A stretch of 64,000 nucleotides of DNA from Eledone cirrhosa (Eukaryota): the NCBI GenBank assembly GCA_964016885.1, contig OZ024751.1:3906001-3970000 (forward strand). The letters are read 5' to 3'. Both the position numbers and the translations under genes were made by a program. Numbering within the stretch: position 1 is the first letter of the stretch; each line of letters starts with the position of its first letter. Of the stretch, positions 1 to 12,228 are shown in pieces. The notes beneath the pieces are model-generated. The model was not told where the DNA came from and made no database searches. It was given only the letters and a program-made list of their open reading frames with translations.

Positions 1-39
1 AGTCACATTGGTTTCTCTAGATTTGTTAAACTGGTTTAA

Positions 40-720
40 AACTGTTAAATTGTGTTGTATCAAATACTACTTTAATATATGGTTAGTAATATTATGTAAT
101 ATATTATTTTTGTATACAAGATTATTAAAATGTTATGTAATAAACTGTGTTATATAAAAGACTACTTTAATATGAGATCATTAATATTGTGTTGTATACA
201 AAACTATTCCAATAGAAGGGTTTAAAATGTTGTGTAAGAAATTGTTTTTATATAAGACTACTTTTATATCAGGCCATTAATGTTATGTAAGAAATTGTGT
301 TTGTATATAAGACTACCTTTATATAAGGCTGTTAATGTTGTGTAAGAAATTATGTTGTATACAAAACTACTAATATAATGGTGTGAATGTTATATAATAA
401 ATTTTGTTTGTATACAAGACTACTTTTATATAAGGATGATAATTGTTTCTACGTTTGGCACAAGGCCAGTAATTACCCAGTGTATTATTGGTACTTTATT
501 TTATAGACCCCGTAAGGATGAAAGGCAAAGTTAACCTAAATTATGTTTGTATACAAGACTACTTTTATATAAGGCTGGTAATGTTATTTAATATATTGTT
601 TTGTATACAAGATTAGTTTTATATAATGGTGCTAATATTATTTAATATATCGTTTTGAATATAAGACTACTTTAATATAACAGTGCTAATATTATCTAAT
701 ATATTGTTTTGTATATAAGA
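40..720. repeat. Degenerate ~60-bp AT-rich tandem repeat interrupted by a SINE fragment (441-537)
   Basis: TGTATA(C/T)AAGACTACTTT recurs about every 60 bp. Confidence 0.7.
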
Positions 721-1285
721 CTGTCTTTTTCTTATCATATGAGAAGAGAAACTGATTGTGAACTGGTAAAGAATAGAAATAGAGAAAAAAAGGTTAAGAA
801 ACATTGGTCTAATCAGATATGTGAGGGATTAGTCTGTCACATCTTTAGAGAGTCTAGTTGGATATGTAAGGGGCAAGTCAGTCCTTCATATTGTGACTAA
901 ACTATCTAGTCACATTGTTAGATAGTCCAGTCTTAAATATGAAGGAGTGTTGAGGCTAGTTAGAACTATGAAAGACTGACCAGTCACATCTTTAGCTAGG
1001 CTAGTCATAAGTATAACAACACTGACCAGGCTAGTAATATGACCAAGCTAGTCATAAATATGAAGACATTAACCTGTCTAGCCAATAAATATGAGGGGAT
1101 TGACCAGATTAGTGACAAGTATGTGGGAGTGAGATTTGTCAGAAGTACAAAGATGTGACCTTGCTATAAGATCACTGACCAGGTTAGTCATAAGTATGAG
1201 GTCACTGACCAGACTAGACTAGTCAGAACTCTGAAAGGAGTGACTGTTCCCCCTCACACACTCTGCAAGACTTAATGGAAATATT

Positions 1286-1495
1286 TCAAAATTCTTCATC
1301 AAGGAAGTCAGCCTCTGATAAATTACTTTCATCAAGGATTTCTTGTGATTCTTTCACTTGTAAACTCTTTATATGGAGAAGGTTTAGTCGAGTTAGGGTA
1401 CACTGTTCTGGGTAAATCCAAGGCCGATATAAGGGCTGGTTTTGTTCTTTCCAGGAAACATAGTTTTTGCAAGCTTGTTTCATCCTGTTCACCAC
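1286..1495 (-). CDS. STARD10: STARD10-like terminal coding exon (VVNRMKQACKNYVSWK...RPWIYPEQ...DFLDEEF*)
   Basis: Polypyrimidine tract plus aag acceptor; ACxxYxxWK...PWxxPEQ matches the STARD10 C-terminus; TGA at 1288-1286. Confidence 0.92.
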   Translation of the reverse strand: MVNRMKQACKNYVSWKEQNQPLYRPWIYPEQCTLTRLNLLHIKSLQVKESQEILDESNLSEADFLDEEF

Positions 1496-1567
1496 CTTGA
1501 AAATAAAAAATAAAGAAAGACAAAAGATTAAACGATTCAACTTCAATAATGTTTCAATGTTAACTGT

Positions 1568-1771
1568 TTAACCCTTTAGCATTTAAACCAGCCGTATCTG
1601 ATCAGAATTTTCTCACCTCTTTCAGTTTAAACCAGCCATAACCGGCTGCTCATACTTATGTTAAGGTATTGTTCTCAAAATAAATAATATCAAAATGTCA
1701 TAAATTCAATATTATGTTTACCATGAAGATACAATGGTAAATATAGAGTAACATAAATGCTGAAGGATTAA
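1568..1771. mobile_element. TTAA-flanked MITE (piggyBac-like ends), family A
   Basis: TTAA-CCCTTTAGCATTT...AAATGCTGAAGGA-TTAA; related copies at 9648, 54315 and 61033. Confidence 0.75.
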
Positions 1772-1854
1772 AAGATTCAACTTCAACAATGTTTCAAAGT
1801 TAACTATTTAAAATAGGTACAGTCTATACCTGTGTGTTGCAAGAAGTGACTAAA

Positions 1855-2235
1855 TAGATTGGTATCAGGAAGGGCATCTGGCTGTACAACCAAGCCTCAA
1901 AAAGTCCTGTCCAACCCATGCCAACATGAAAAATTCAACGTGATGATGATGATGATGTTAGTTATATTTTAAGAAATGAATAAGAAATTCAAGACAGTCC
2001 CCACCACCACCACCACTAGTGTTGACGCCATGATAAAAGATACTCGGTACACTTTATAAGTGGTTGGTGTTAGGAAGGGCTTCCAGTTGTAGAAACTATA
2101 CCAAAAAGGGTTGAGAGGACCCTCCAGTTATAGTAGTTTGTCATCTCTAGTGCAGGTACCATAATAAAAACACAATCAAGTACATCCTATAAAGTGGTTG
2201 GTGATAGGAAGGGCATCTAGACATAGGAAATTTGC
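1855..2235 (+). mobile_element. Decayed fragments of the RTE-related AGGAAGGGCATCCAG repeat
   Basis: Three GGT(G/A)T(T/C)AGGAAGGGC-like motifs and one CCCATG...GATGATGAT tail. Confidence 0.55.
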
Positions 2236-2544
2236 CAAACAAAGGGTTAAGAGGACACTAAGTTAGTGTTTGGAATATAACAAAGGTTCTTACATAAAAT
2301 TTGGAAAGTTTTTTGATAAATATAAACAATTTTAATGTGCATGTATGCATGTGTGTATGTGTTTGTGCATGCGTAAAGCAGAGGCCCTCATTAGAGAATT
2401 AACACCCTGGACAACCCAAAGCCACTCAGGTGAGATGAGTGATAGAAGAAACTACCAGAAGAGAATCCATAGGTGTGATGTGAGAGGGAAGAAACTATCA
2501 AATAACTCTGTGCCCCCTTTGACCTGTCCAGACCTTTAATTTTT

Positions 2545-2790
2545 AAAACAAGAGATTGAAAAAAAAAACAATAACAATAAAACCACTTCCAGCAGCATGG
2601 TATAGCATGCTACATCAGACACTGGATTAGTCCTTTTTATCTTCCTAGGAAAAAGAAATTTGAATCTCAAAATATCAGGACATATAAATGAATTAAGGTA
2701 AAACACGATACCTTGTTTCACTGTTTATTTCTTTATTTATTCATCCATTTTGTATTGTCATGGCTTTCAAACTTCAAACTTTATATATCA
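2545..2790. mobile_element. Partial MITE, inverted copy of the element at 3893-4180
   Basis: Shares the TGTCATGGCTTTCAAACTTCAAA terminus; its interior is the reverse complement of the other copy. Confidence 0.65.
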
Positions 2791-2820
2791 TAATAGAATT
2801 TGTAATAAACAGTTTCTTAC

Positions 2821-2873
2821 CTTTGGTGCTAGAATCTGAGTTGCTTTATTCACCACCCAACTTGGCAGACGAC
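2821..2873 (-). CDS. STARD10: STARD10-like exon (GRLPSWVVNKATQILAPK)
   Basis: Matches the START motif GxLPxWVVN; tctgcag / gtaaga; 53 nt, phase 1 to 0. Confidence 0.93.
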
Positions 2874-2974
2874 CTGCAGAGGAGGATATAGAAGACAATA
2901 GTGAACAGTTATTTACAACATTATTATATAATATGGTTGTCATTGGTGTCTTGTGCTAATAATTAGGGTGGTAT

Positions 2975-3440
2975 ATGTGTGGTGGTGATGGTGATGGTAG
3001 TGGTGCGTGGGTGGTGGTGTGTGGTAGTGGTGGTGGTAGTGTGTATGTGTGTTGTGATGGTGGTGTTGTTGGTGGTGGTGGTGATGGTGATGGTATTGGT
3101 ATTAGCAGTATGTGTGTAGTTGTTATAGTGGTGGTGGTATTGGTGGTAGTGTTGGTAGTATTGGTGGTGATGTTGGTGGTATTAGTGGTGATGTTGGTGG
3201 TGTATGTATGTGTAGTTGTGATAGTGATGGTGGTGATATTGTTGGTATTAGTGGTGATGTTGGTGGTGTTGCTGATTGTATTAGTGGTGTATGTGTGTGT
3301 GTGGTTGTGATAGTGATACTGGTGGTGGTGTATGTGTGTGTTGTTGTAATAGCAATGGTGGTAGTATTCGTGGTGGTATTAGTGGTGTATGTGTGTGTAG
3401 TTGGGATAGTGATGGTGTGTGATAGTATTGTGGTGATGGA
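2975..3440. repeat. (GGT/GTA/GT)-rich degenerate microsatellite
   Basis: Low-complexity sequence filling most of the intron between the exons at 2873 and 3452. Confidence 0.9.
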
Positions 3441-3451
3441 GTCCTACTTAC

Positions 3452-3569
3452 CTCTAGGGTCAGACTGGGATACATATGTCAGAACACAAGAAGATTTGTC
3501 TTTTGGAACAATGAAATATCCTGTCAGGAATGAGATGGCTCTGATGTAATCCTTGTAGGGTGGACATTG
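3452..3569 (-). CDS. STARD10: STARD10-like exon (QCPPYKDYIRAISFLTGYFIVPKDKSSCVLTYVSQSDPRG)
   Basis: Translated by hand (absent from ORF track); aligns with human YPPRKDLVRAVSIQTGY...TYLAQVDPKG; ttttgcag / gtaagt; 118 nt. Confidence 0.93.
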
Positions 3570-3892
3570 CTGCAAAATATAACATGTAGTGGTTATAAGG
3601 AGTTAGTTATATGTATAGAGAGACCATAAACCCCTGCTGGGGTTGTAGGGAGTTATATGTATATATATAGACCAGAGGTCCTCTAAGTGGGCACTACCCC
3701 CCCCCCCCCGGGTGAGAAGGTTTAGGGGGCAATGGGGGAGGGGGTTAGAGATGATATAATAATATGTTAAATATCAAATGATACATATATATATAGTAAA
3801 ATAAAAAATATATAATATTTATTTATACATAGTATATATATTATTTATTAGAAGGAATTTGTAGTTTACTTGAAGCATTGTATATGGTATAT

Positions 3893-4180
3893 AGAATTTG
3901 AAGTTTGAAAGCCACGACAATGAGGATTGAACAGAAAATAATCAAGTAGTAAGAAACAAGGGGTGTTTTTTTACCATAATTTATTCATATGTCCTGATAT
4001 TTCGAGATTAATATCTCTTCTTCCGAGGAAAATAAAGGAATGATTCCAGTGTCCGATGTTGCTTTCTATACCATGCTGGCCGACATGAATAAATTAAAGT
4101 AAAAAAACACTCCTTGTTTCTTATGACTTGATTATTTTCCATCCAATCCACATTGTCATGGCTTTCAAACTTCAAATTCT
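3893..4180. mobile_element. MITE with ~80-bp terminal inverted repeats
   Basis: AGAATTTGAAGTTTGAAAGCCACGACAATG...CATTGTCATGGCTTTCAAACTTCAAATTCT. Confidence 0.75.
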
Positions 4181-4509
4181 TAATATTATTTATTATATAT
4201 AAATTAACGATTTTATTTATTATATATTATTTACAATTTGCATGTAGGCAGGTGTCTCTCTGGAAATGGGGGGGGGGAGGGGGTATTACGTGGTCATGGG
4301 GGGGGGGGGGGGGCAAAAAGAACCTCTGATATAGACCCACAACACCTGCTGGAGTCGTAGGGACACCATCATAATATACAGTGTTCTTTAGGCTTCTTAA
4401 ACCTGGTGAAGCCCATCTCTTCTCCATGTCTGAATGTAACCGATTTCTTCCAGTGAAGGAGAGAGAGAGAGTGAGAGTGATAAAGAGAAAGTGAGAAAGA
4501 GATATAGAA

Positions 4510-4670
4510 GAATAATCGACCCCAATACTTGACTGGTACTTTATATATTGACCATGAAAGGATGAAAGTTTAAGTTGACCTCCATGGGATTTGAACTCAC
4601 TGAGTGCAGAGGGCCTGAACAAATACTGTAAAGCTATATATCCAACATTCTAACAACTCTGTGAAACCAA
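4510..4670 (-). mobile_element. tRNA-type SINE family 1 copy
   Basis: B-box-like GAGTTCAAATCCC and CTTTCATCCTTTC...AAAGTACCAG body as in 47751-47935. Confidence 0.65.
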
Positions 4671-4884
4671 CCACTTTGTTATTTAGAGCCCTTATAACAT
4701 AAAATAGTAGAGTTCATAAGGAGTTAGTTATTTAAGAGAGCTCTTATCACTGCAAGATTACCATGAGTTAATTATCTTTGGTGTTTAATGCTTAATCCTT
4801 TTAATACTGAACCGCCTGAAACAGCACCTGGTTCAATAATACAAAACTTCATTTTAAACTGTTTATAAATATCTAAAAACTTTT

Positions 4885-5215
4885 CGTCATCGCTGTCATC
4901 ATCATAACCACCATAAATCATCACCATCATCATTATAACCATCAACATCATAACCATCACCATCGTCATCATCATCATCACCATCGTCATCATTATCATC
5001 ATCACAACCATCACCATCATCATCGTCATCATCATCATAACCATCATCACCATCATCATGATCATCACCATCATGATCATAACCATTACCATCATCATCA
5101 TTATCACCATCATAACCATCATCATCATCACCATAACCATCACCATCATCATCATAACCATCATCATCATCATCATCATCATCACCATCATCACCATCAT
5201 CACCATCATCATGAT
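4885..5215. repeat. (CAT/CAC)n microsatellite
   Basis: Directly visible; produces spurious poly-M/poly-I ORFs. Confidence 0.95.
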
Positions 5216-6044
5216 AGTTTTTATATCCACTTTTCCGTGCTAGTATATTTTAAAATGTGCTAGATGTTTTAAAACAAAGTTTTACGGTCAAATGCCCTTC
5301 CTAACACCAACCCTTTTAGTTACTTCTTACGAAAGGCAATGAAATGGTGTACTCTCAGGTCCCAAATAATAGGAGGGGGTGATATAAGCGGAGGTTGGTG
5401 GAAAATTGGTAATTTTTCTAGGTTGTCTGTGTTAGTTGTTTAGTTTACATATTGACACCCCAACCTATTCTCTTTATTTTATAATGTATGAGATTTTTAG
5501 TAATGTACTTTTTTTGTCATGTATAATGTTTTTTTTTTTAAATTAATTATCACACGAGTGCTACTACTTGAAATAAAATTTTGCCGGAGATAGATTAGCA
5601 AAATGTAATAAGTGTGTGCGTGTGTGTGTGTGGATGGTGGTGGTGGGTGGGTTCTGAAAATTATTAAGCGAGATGTGGGGGGTGATTATTTGAGACTCAA
5701 GAGTACCTACTGTAAAAACCTTTGTTAAGTTATGCTCCAAACACCAATATAATAATCAGAAAGTTAGTTATATTACTAAATCCCTCCAAATTCTTGATTA
5801 TTTAAACATAAAATCACAGGCAATGTTTGTCATTATAAATATTGGTTAGGAAAGGGTTAAACAAAAGTTAATTACTTTAATATTCCTTTTAAGCTGCACA
5901 TATGTGGAGCCATGCAGTCAGTGTATTAATGTCACATACATCAAAATGTTGCCACACTGTAGTAACTTTCATGGCTCAAAGCATGAAAGCAACATTGGTG
6001 ATTCATCTGTAGCAAAGAAAGTCAGTTTTGGCTTCTATATTATA

Positions 6045-8708
6045 CTAGCAGAGGCACCCGGCATTGCCCAGGAATGAAATTGTTCCTTATATATTAGAAG
6101 AAAAAAGCAAAATATGTTGCATAGAATTTTGTTATTCTAAATTCAATTTATTCTTCAATTGTGATACATGATGAAATCAATTCTGAATTCATAATACAAA
6201 AAAAAAATAATAATAATAAAAATAACAAATGAAAATACAAAATTTACCACTTTTATGAAGGGAGATAAATTCTATCACATATGTTGAAGGAAATTATGTA
6301 AGAAGACTTAATGCATGCTTTTATTTTATCAACTTTTGTTTCTCTAGGAATAACTGGTAATGTCTCCTGATAAAACTCATCCCATAGATTTATTATTGCC
6401 TCTTATGTCCTGTAAGGTCTTATCAAGAGCTTCCACTGCACCTCTATGTGACATGGTGCATTCATCCCAAATGATCAGGTGGCATTGGCACAACACTTCT
6501 GCTGAACCATGAACCTTTGCTTATATTACAAATTAGACAGTCATTTGTGACCAGGTTTAGCAGTAATTTAAAAGCAGAATGGGCTGTTTGTCCTGCTGGG
6601 AGAATGGTGGCAACAAATCCAGACGATGCTACAGCACCTGCAATTCTTTTTTGTTGCCTTACTTTAGAGAGAAGCAATGTTGTAATAAATGTTTTACCTG
6701 TGCCACCAGGAACATCAAGAAAGAAAATTCCTCTGCTCTTTTCTCTGACTGATGAAATAATTTTATCATATACACAACATTGTTCTGGAAGAAGTTTAGG
6801 TTCATGTTCATTCACAAATGCAGCCAACTCTGTGATGTCATAATTTGTCTCACTTGCTATGTCTCTTGAAGTTAACGCACTAACTTGAGGGTTTGTTTTT
6901 GACAATCCAGAACCAGAATCTTGCAAATGTTTGCCTCCCATGGCCAAAACTTGATCCTCAATTTCAATCAGAGCTTGGTTAAAAAAATTTTCAGAGAACT
7001 GAATATTGATATCTGGGTTTGCCTGTTGAACTGCATACTTTAAGTCCTAGCCATGTCCTCACAATGAGAATTTTTGCCTTCAGTTGGCAACAAAAATCCA
7101 ATACGATGGTATTGTTGACCTTGAACATTAAAAGTTGGCTTCATACTCCCTTCTCTTATAATATTGCTACCAAATGAGGTCATTTGGAAAGCAGAATTAT
7201 AATTCCCAATATTTTTGAAGACGTGCATGCTCCTTGATGTGTTTCCCAAAAGCAATGCCTTCAAAGTATCTGGGGGAGTACCAAACGTCGGTAAAACAAC
7301 CGTTCCTCGACCACAACACATAGTGGTAGTTTCTCTTTCCCATTTCTTTCCTTTACAAAAACTGCACTCTTTTGACATTGCTCCAATATCAATCAATTTC
7401 TCTGTAGAATAATCATGCTTTGGATCATAGTTGAAAGCTGATATTTTCCAAGTCCCCTTGAAAGGTGCAATTCTTTTGTCAAATGCATTCAGCCTATCTT
7501 GATCAAGACACTTACGTCTCTCCTATTCTGAGGATCGGCAAAGTCTTGCAGCAACTGTTTGCTCCTGTTTTTTTCTTTGTCTAATCTCTCACTGACCTAT
7601 TGTCTCATTGGTAACTCTGGCAGCTTGTCTTTGTCTTGCATCCTTTAAATGTTTTTCTCTTTCCTTTCTTGACCCTTGGCTCCTGTGGATTGCATTTTGT
7701 TTACATAATTGTTCTAACCATTTTTCCCTTGCCTCTTGTGACTCATTGGCCCTGCGTGCAACAGCTCACCTCCGGTTGTTTTCATGCCTTTGCTGTCATT
7801 GTGTAGGGGTCTCTAGTGACCTTACTCTGGCTACCTGTACTTATCTTTGCTTCACTGTAGAATACTGATCATCTACATCTACCCTGTCTCCTCTTGTTGA
7901 GAGTGAGAACATTTTTCTCGGAAACCTTTTTGAAAATTAAAATGGCGATTAAATGAAAAAACAAGTGAATATCTTCACAAGAGTGATTGAAATAAATGGT
8001 GATTGTGGAATGCCACACACGCACGCACACATGCACGTTCGCACACACTCACATGTGTTGATAGTTTTTACTTTCTGTGGAACGCCAAACGCATACACAC
8101 ACGTGCACGCATGTTAATAGTTATTACTTTCCTTCCCCTCCTATTTCCACATACATCACACACACATGTATCTACACTGACATACACATACAGTCTCAAA
8201 CATACAGCGTCTCCCTCTCTCTCTCTCCCACTATCCCCCCTCTCTTTGTGCCGGCTTTCTTTCAACTTCTCCTATAGAACAGTATCAAATATACAGCGTT
8301 TATCTCTCCTGCCATCCCCCTCTCTTTCAACTTTAGAAACTTATTCTCTCTCTGTGTTTCTTTCTCTTTCTTTTTCTCAATCTGTGTTTCTCTCGCTCAC
8401 ACATATTCTCTCTCACCCTCTCTAACACTTCCTCTCTTTTAGTCTATGGTTGTTTCTTTCACACACACACATACACACTCTTTCTCTCTCTCTCTCTCTC
8501 TCTCTCTTTCTAACTCATTCACACACTCACAGTATTTACATTTCTCCCTCTATCGAAAAACGTTGTGACGAATGAGGAGTTGGAGGAGGAAAAGTAAAGA
8601 GCCACTTCTTCATTTTCCCTCTCTGTTTCTTTCTCTCCCCTCTCACTCCCTCATTGGCATTATGCAGACATACAAATACACAGATATCTGCTAATATATA
8701 GATATAGA
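6045..8708 (-). mobile_element. Internally deleted Helitron (Rep N-terminus fused to PIF1-type helicase fragment)
   Basis: 5' TC at 8708 after A; 3' GC-rich hairpin plus CTAG at 6045; ORF pieces CSFCKGKKW...CCGRG, YNSAFQMTSFG and Walker A DVPGGTGKT. Confidence 0.9.
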
Positions 8709-8961
8709 TGTGTGTGTGTGTGTGTGTGTGTGTAAACCAGCGTCCGTTGCCACTCTCTCTCTCTTTCTATCTGAATAACACTTTAATTGTACCTCTCTCT
8801 GTATAACGGCCTATCTCACTCTCTGTCTGCCTCTCCCTCTGTGTCTCTCTCTTTAGATGTGTCTGTGTATGTGCGTATGTGTGTCTGTGTGCGTGTGTAT
8901 GTGTGTGTGTGTGTGTGTGTGTAATTTTCTTATGATTAAACCAACCAACCAAAAAACATCT

Positions 8962-9641
8962 CTAGCTGAGTTACCTGGCTTCGCCCGGGAGAACAGTTAA
9001 GAGAAGACGGATAAAAGAGAAAACGACTGTATTGGATGTGTTGTCTGGTTTACAGTATGAGGTGAGACTGTAATGTGTGTGTGAGAGAGACATAAAAAAA
9101 AAACAATCATAAAACTTCCTTATTAGGCTGGGGGAGTAAACTGCCGATTAAATGGTAGTATTGGCCTTGGATTTTGAATGTTGTGATATAAGCATAGTCA
9201 GTATGATTTTATTCAGCTCCAAAGGACGTCATCTGAAATACAGCAATATACCGCATAACATTGCTTCTGAAGTGTTGCTTCGTTAGTACGGACTGTAAGT
9301 AGTATATGGATAAAACCTGGAGGGTAGATTAATTTCAAATAGAAACAATTTTTCTTTGTTCTGTAAAATCAAAGACTGTAAAATGACTTTATAAAAGCTA
9401 ACGCAATAGTGTTAAACCTTCAATTGATATTTTTATGGGACGTCACTCTCTCTCGCTCTCTCTGAATATCTAACACTTTAATTGTATCTCTCTGTATAAC
9501 GGCCTATCTCTCTCTCTTTTTGCCTCGCCCTCTGTGTGTCTCTCTCTTTAGATGTGTGTGTATGTATTTGTGTGTGTGTGTAGTGTTCGTGTGATTCAAC
9601 CAACCAACCAATAAACATCGTTCTTTTATATTATATATAGA
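8962..9641 (-). mobile_element. Non-autonomous Helitron; its 5' part is duplicated at ~8740-8960
   Basis: TCTATATA start at 9641; CCCGGGCGAAGCCAGG hairpin then CTAG at 8962. Confidence 0.75.
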
Positions 9642-9647
9642 TATATA

Positions 9648-9874
9648 TTAACCCTTTAACATTTCCATTACTCTATATTTACTATTATATTTTCATGGTA
9701 AAGGCTTAACCTCACATAATTATCACATAATATTTAATCTATGAGATTTTGATGTTATTTATTTTGAGAATAATACCTTAACATCAGTATGAGTGGCCAG
9801 TTACAGCCAGTTTGAACACAAAGAAGTGAGAGAATTCTGGCCGGATACGGCTGGTTTAAATGCTAAAGGGTTAA
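9648..9874. mobile_element. TTAA-flanked MITE family A, opposite orientation to the 1568 copy
   Basis: TTAACCCTTTAACATT...AAATGCTAAAGGGTTAA. Confidence 0.8.
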
Positions 9875-9877
9875 GCA

Positions 9878-10335
9878 TACACAACAATGTGAAGGCGGTA
9901 CTGATGTACGGATGTAAAATTTGGAGGACAACAAAGAATATGCAGCAGGAGATCCAGACATTCTTCAACACCTGTCTGATCTGCATCTACAACATCAAAT
10001 GGCCGGAGAAGATCAGAAAAGAAGATCTATGGGAGTGAGCGAGAGAGGAACCAGTGGCAAAGCAGATTCTGAGGAGGAAGTAGAGCTGGATTGGACATAC
10101 CCCTAGGAAACCAGCATCCAACACCACAAGCCAAGCCCTGACCTGGAACCTGTAGGGTAAGAGGAAGAGAGCCAGCCCCATGGTAGTTGGAGGCATGACA
10201 TTGAGGCTGAATTTTAAAAAAGCAGGAAGCCAACTGGAGAGGAGTGGCGAGAGCAGTTCAGGATCGTGAATGATGGCAGAGGGTTGACAATGGCCTATGC
10301 TCCACAGAGAGTGATGGGGCTGAATGAACAAATGA
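9878..10335 (+). pseudogene. 5'-truncated, decayed RTE-clade LINE 3' end (different family from the 32.5-36.9 kb element)
   Basis: NVKAVLMYGCKIW...WIGHTPRKP...QALTWN with in-frame stops. Confidence 0.8.
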
Positions 10336-10769
10336 TACACAAGATAACTGTGGAATACTCAGCTACTTGACTGCAGACCTACCAACCTCTAAAAACCCAA
10401 ACAGGGAGTACCATGAAAAAAAGTGTCCCAAAACGGAGGAATGAGGCAAAATGGGGAGATTTATGGCAAAACATACTCTAATTTGACCATGTCCGGGTGT
10501 AATAGTTATTATTAGATGGTTAGTACACTTTAATTTCTTCTTTCAATTGATCTGTATTAGCCTTTCCTTTTGTCGACAATATGTTCAACACTGGTGGTTT
10601 TCTATCCCCTATAATTAAACATATACCTCTATGTGTACTTCTCTCTATATATTGATTTATAAGGAGCCCGGAATCTATTCCTTGAGCTCATCAAATTATA
10701 GGAGATTAACGTGAGTCTTCAACTCAATTTTTTAATTTGATATATATATATACATATATATCCACATAT

Positions 10770-11185
10770 AGGCACCTCCTAACCACTATACCCCCCACAC
10801 CACTCTTACACTGAACAAAATATACCCAGCCCACACTGTAATGTGGTCGTGTAGGTATCACGACAAAAAGCACCCAGCCCACACTGTAATGTGGCCATGT
10901 AGGAGTCACGACAAAAAGCACCCAGCCCACACTGTAATGTAGTTGTGTAGGAGTCACGACAAAAAAGCACCCAGCACACACTGTAGAGTGATCGTGTAGG
11001 AGTCACGACAAAAAGCACTCAGTACATACTGTAAATGTGGTTGGTATAAGGAAAGGCATCCAGCCATAGACACCAAGCCAGAAACAGTAAGACATGATCA
11101 CCTGACCCAATTTACCTCAAATAGGACGACCCGTCTAACTCATACTAGCGTGAAAAATGGATGTTAAACGATGATGATGATGATA
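10770..11185 (+). mobile_element. RTE-related 3'-UTR element with ~45-bp internal tandem repeats and (GAT)n tail
   Basis: About 5 units of CACCCAGCCCACACTGTAATGTGG..GTAGGAGTCACGACAAAAAG, then AGGAAAGGCATCCAGC and GTTAAACGATGATGAT. Confidence 0.75.
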
Positions 11186-11244
11186 TAAAAATATATATAT
11201 ATATATCATAATCATCATCATCATATATATGTATGTTTAAAAGA

Positions 11245-11600
11245 TATAAGGAGAATGAAAAAGTCATATATCATTTGAGAAACACATAACATTTTGTACA
11301 CATATATAGAGCAAACAGTATGTAGGAAAATATACATATTTGAAGATGATAATAACTCTAAATGTTCCATATGGCCATTTCATACATCCAAAGAATGAAG
11401 CAAAACCATTGATCTAAGTAATTGATTATCAATTACCAACTATCAATGGTTTTGTTTCATTCTTTGGATCTATGAAAGAGCCATATGGGATATTTAGAGT
11501 TATTACCACTGTAAAGTATATATATATTCCTATATCTTGTTTACTCTATATATGTGTTTCTCAAAAAATATATACCTGTTTCTCCTCTCTCCATATATAT
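11245..11600. repeat. Long imperfect inverted repeat (foldback MITE-like)
   Basis: ATCCAAAGAATGAAGCAAAACCATTGAT ... ATCAATGGTTTTGTTTCATTCTTTGGAT centred near 11426; arms ~170 bp. Confidence 0.8.
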
Positions 11601-12228
11601 TTTAAACTCGTATAATTGATGCTATTAATTAAGGTCCATTGAGCTTTTTTATTGAGAAACATGATTGTTATATATTTAATATGTATCAATACCTTATCAT
11701 ATATATATATACTTGGATATCTTTTTGGATCACTGGATTTTCTGATATCGTTTTGCTTTATACCAATATACCACAAGTCAATACCACTTTTCTCTTCCGA
11801 CTACTCCCTTTTCACCATCTATATTAAGTGTAAAACTAATAAGATATTTCTTAATTGTACTGTGTCATTTGCTCTGCTATTTCTGTTTGCCTTTTGCATA
11901 CATATGTGTGTGAAATCAAAGAAGAAATAGAAAGATAGCAGAGGGTGAGCAGGGTAGAAACAAAAATGAATTCTTCAACAAAAAGTATGTGTCCATTTTA
12001 CCATTTAAATATATATATACTAGAATTTTTTTCAACGCTGACCTTATGTATGTGCATATGCATACATTTATATGTATGAACATATAAATATAAACACACT
12101 TACAAATATACACAGACATACATCCACAAAAACAGACACACATTGTGTGATGGACTGAAGTCGCTCAAATTTATATGTAGGTTGTTCACACAAGTGCAGT
12201 GAATATTAGACGCTGGTTTCTGTGGTTT

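Noticed and set aside
2975-5243. Poly-V, poly-M and poly-I ORFs (also at 19846-20157, 57630-57956 and 62585-63837)
   Set aside because: Microsatellite translations
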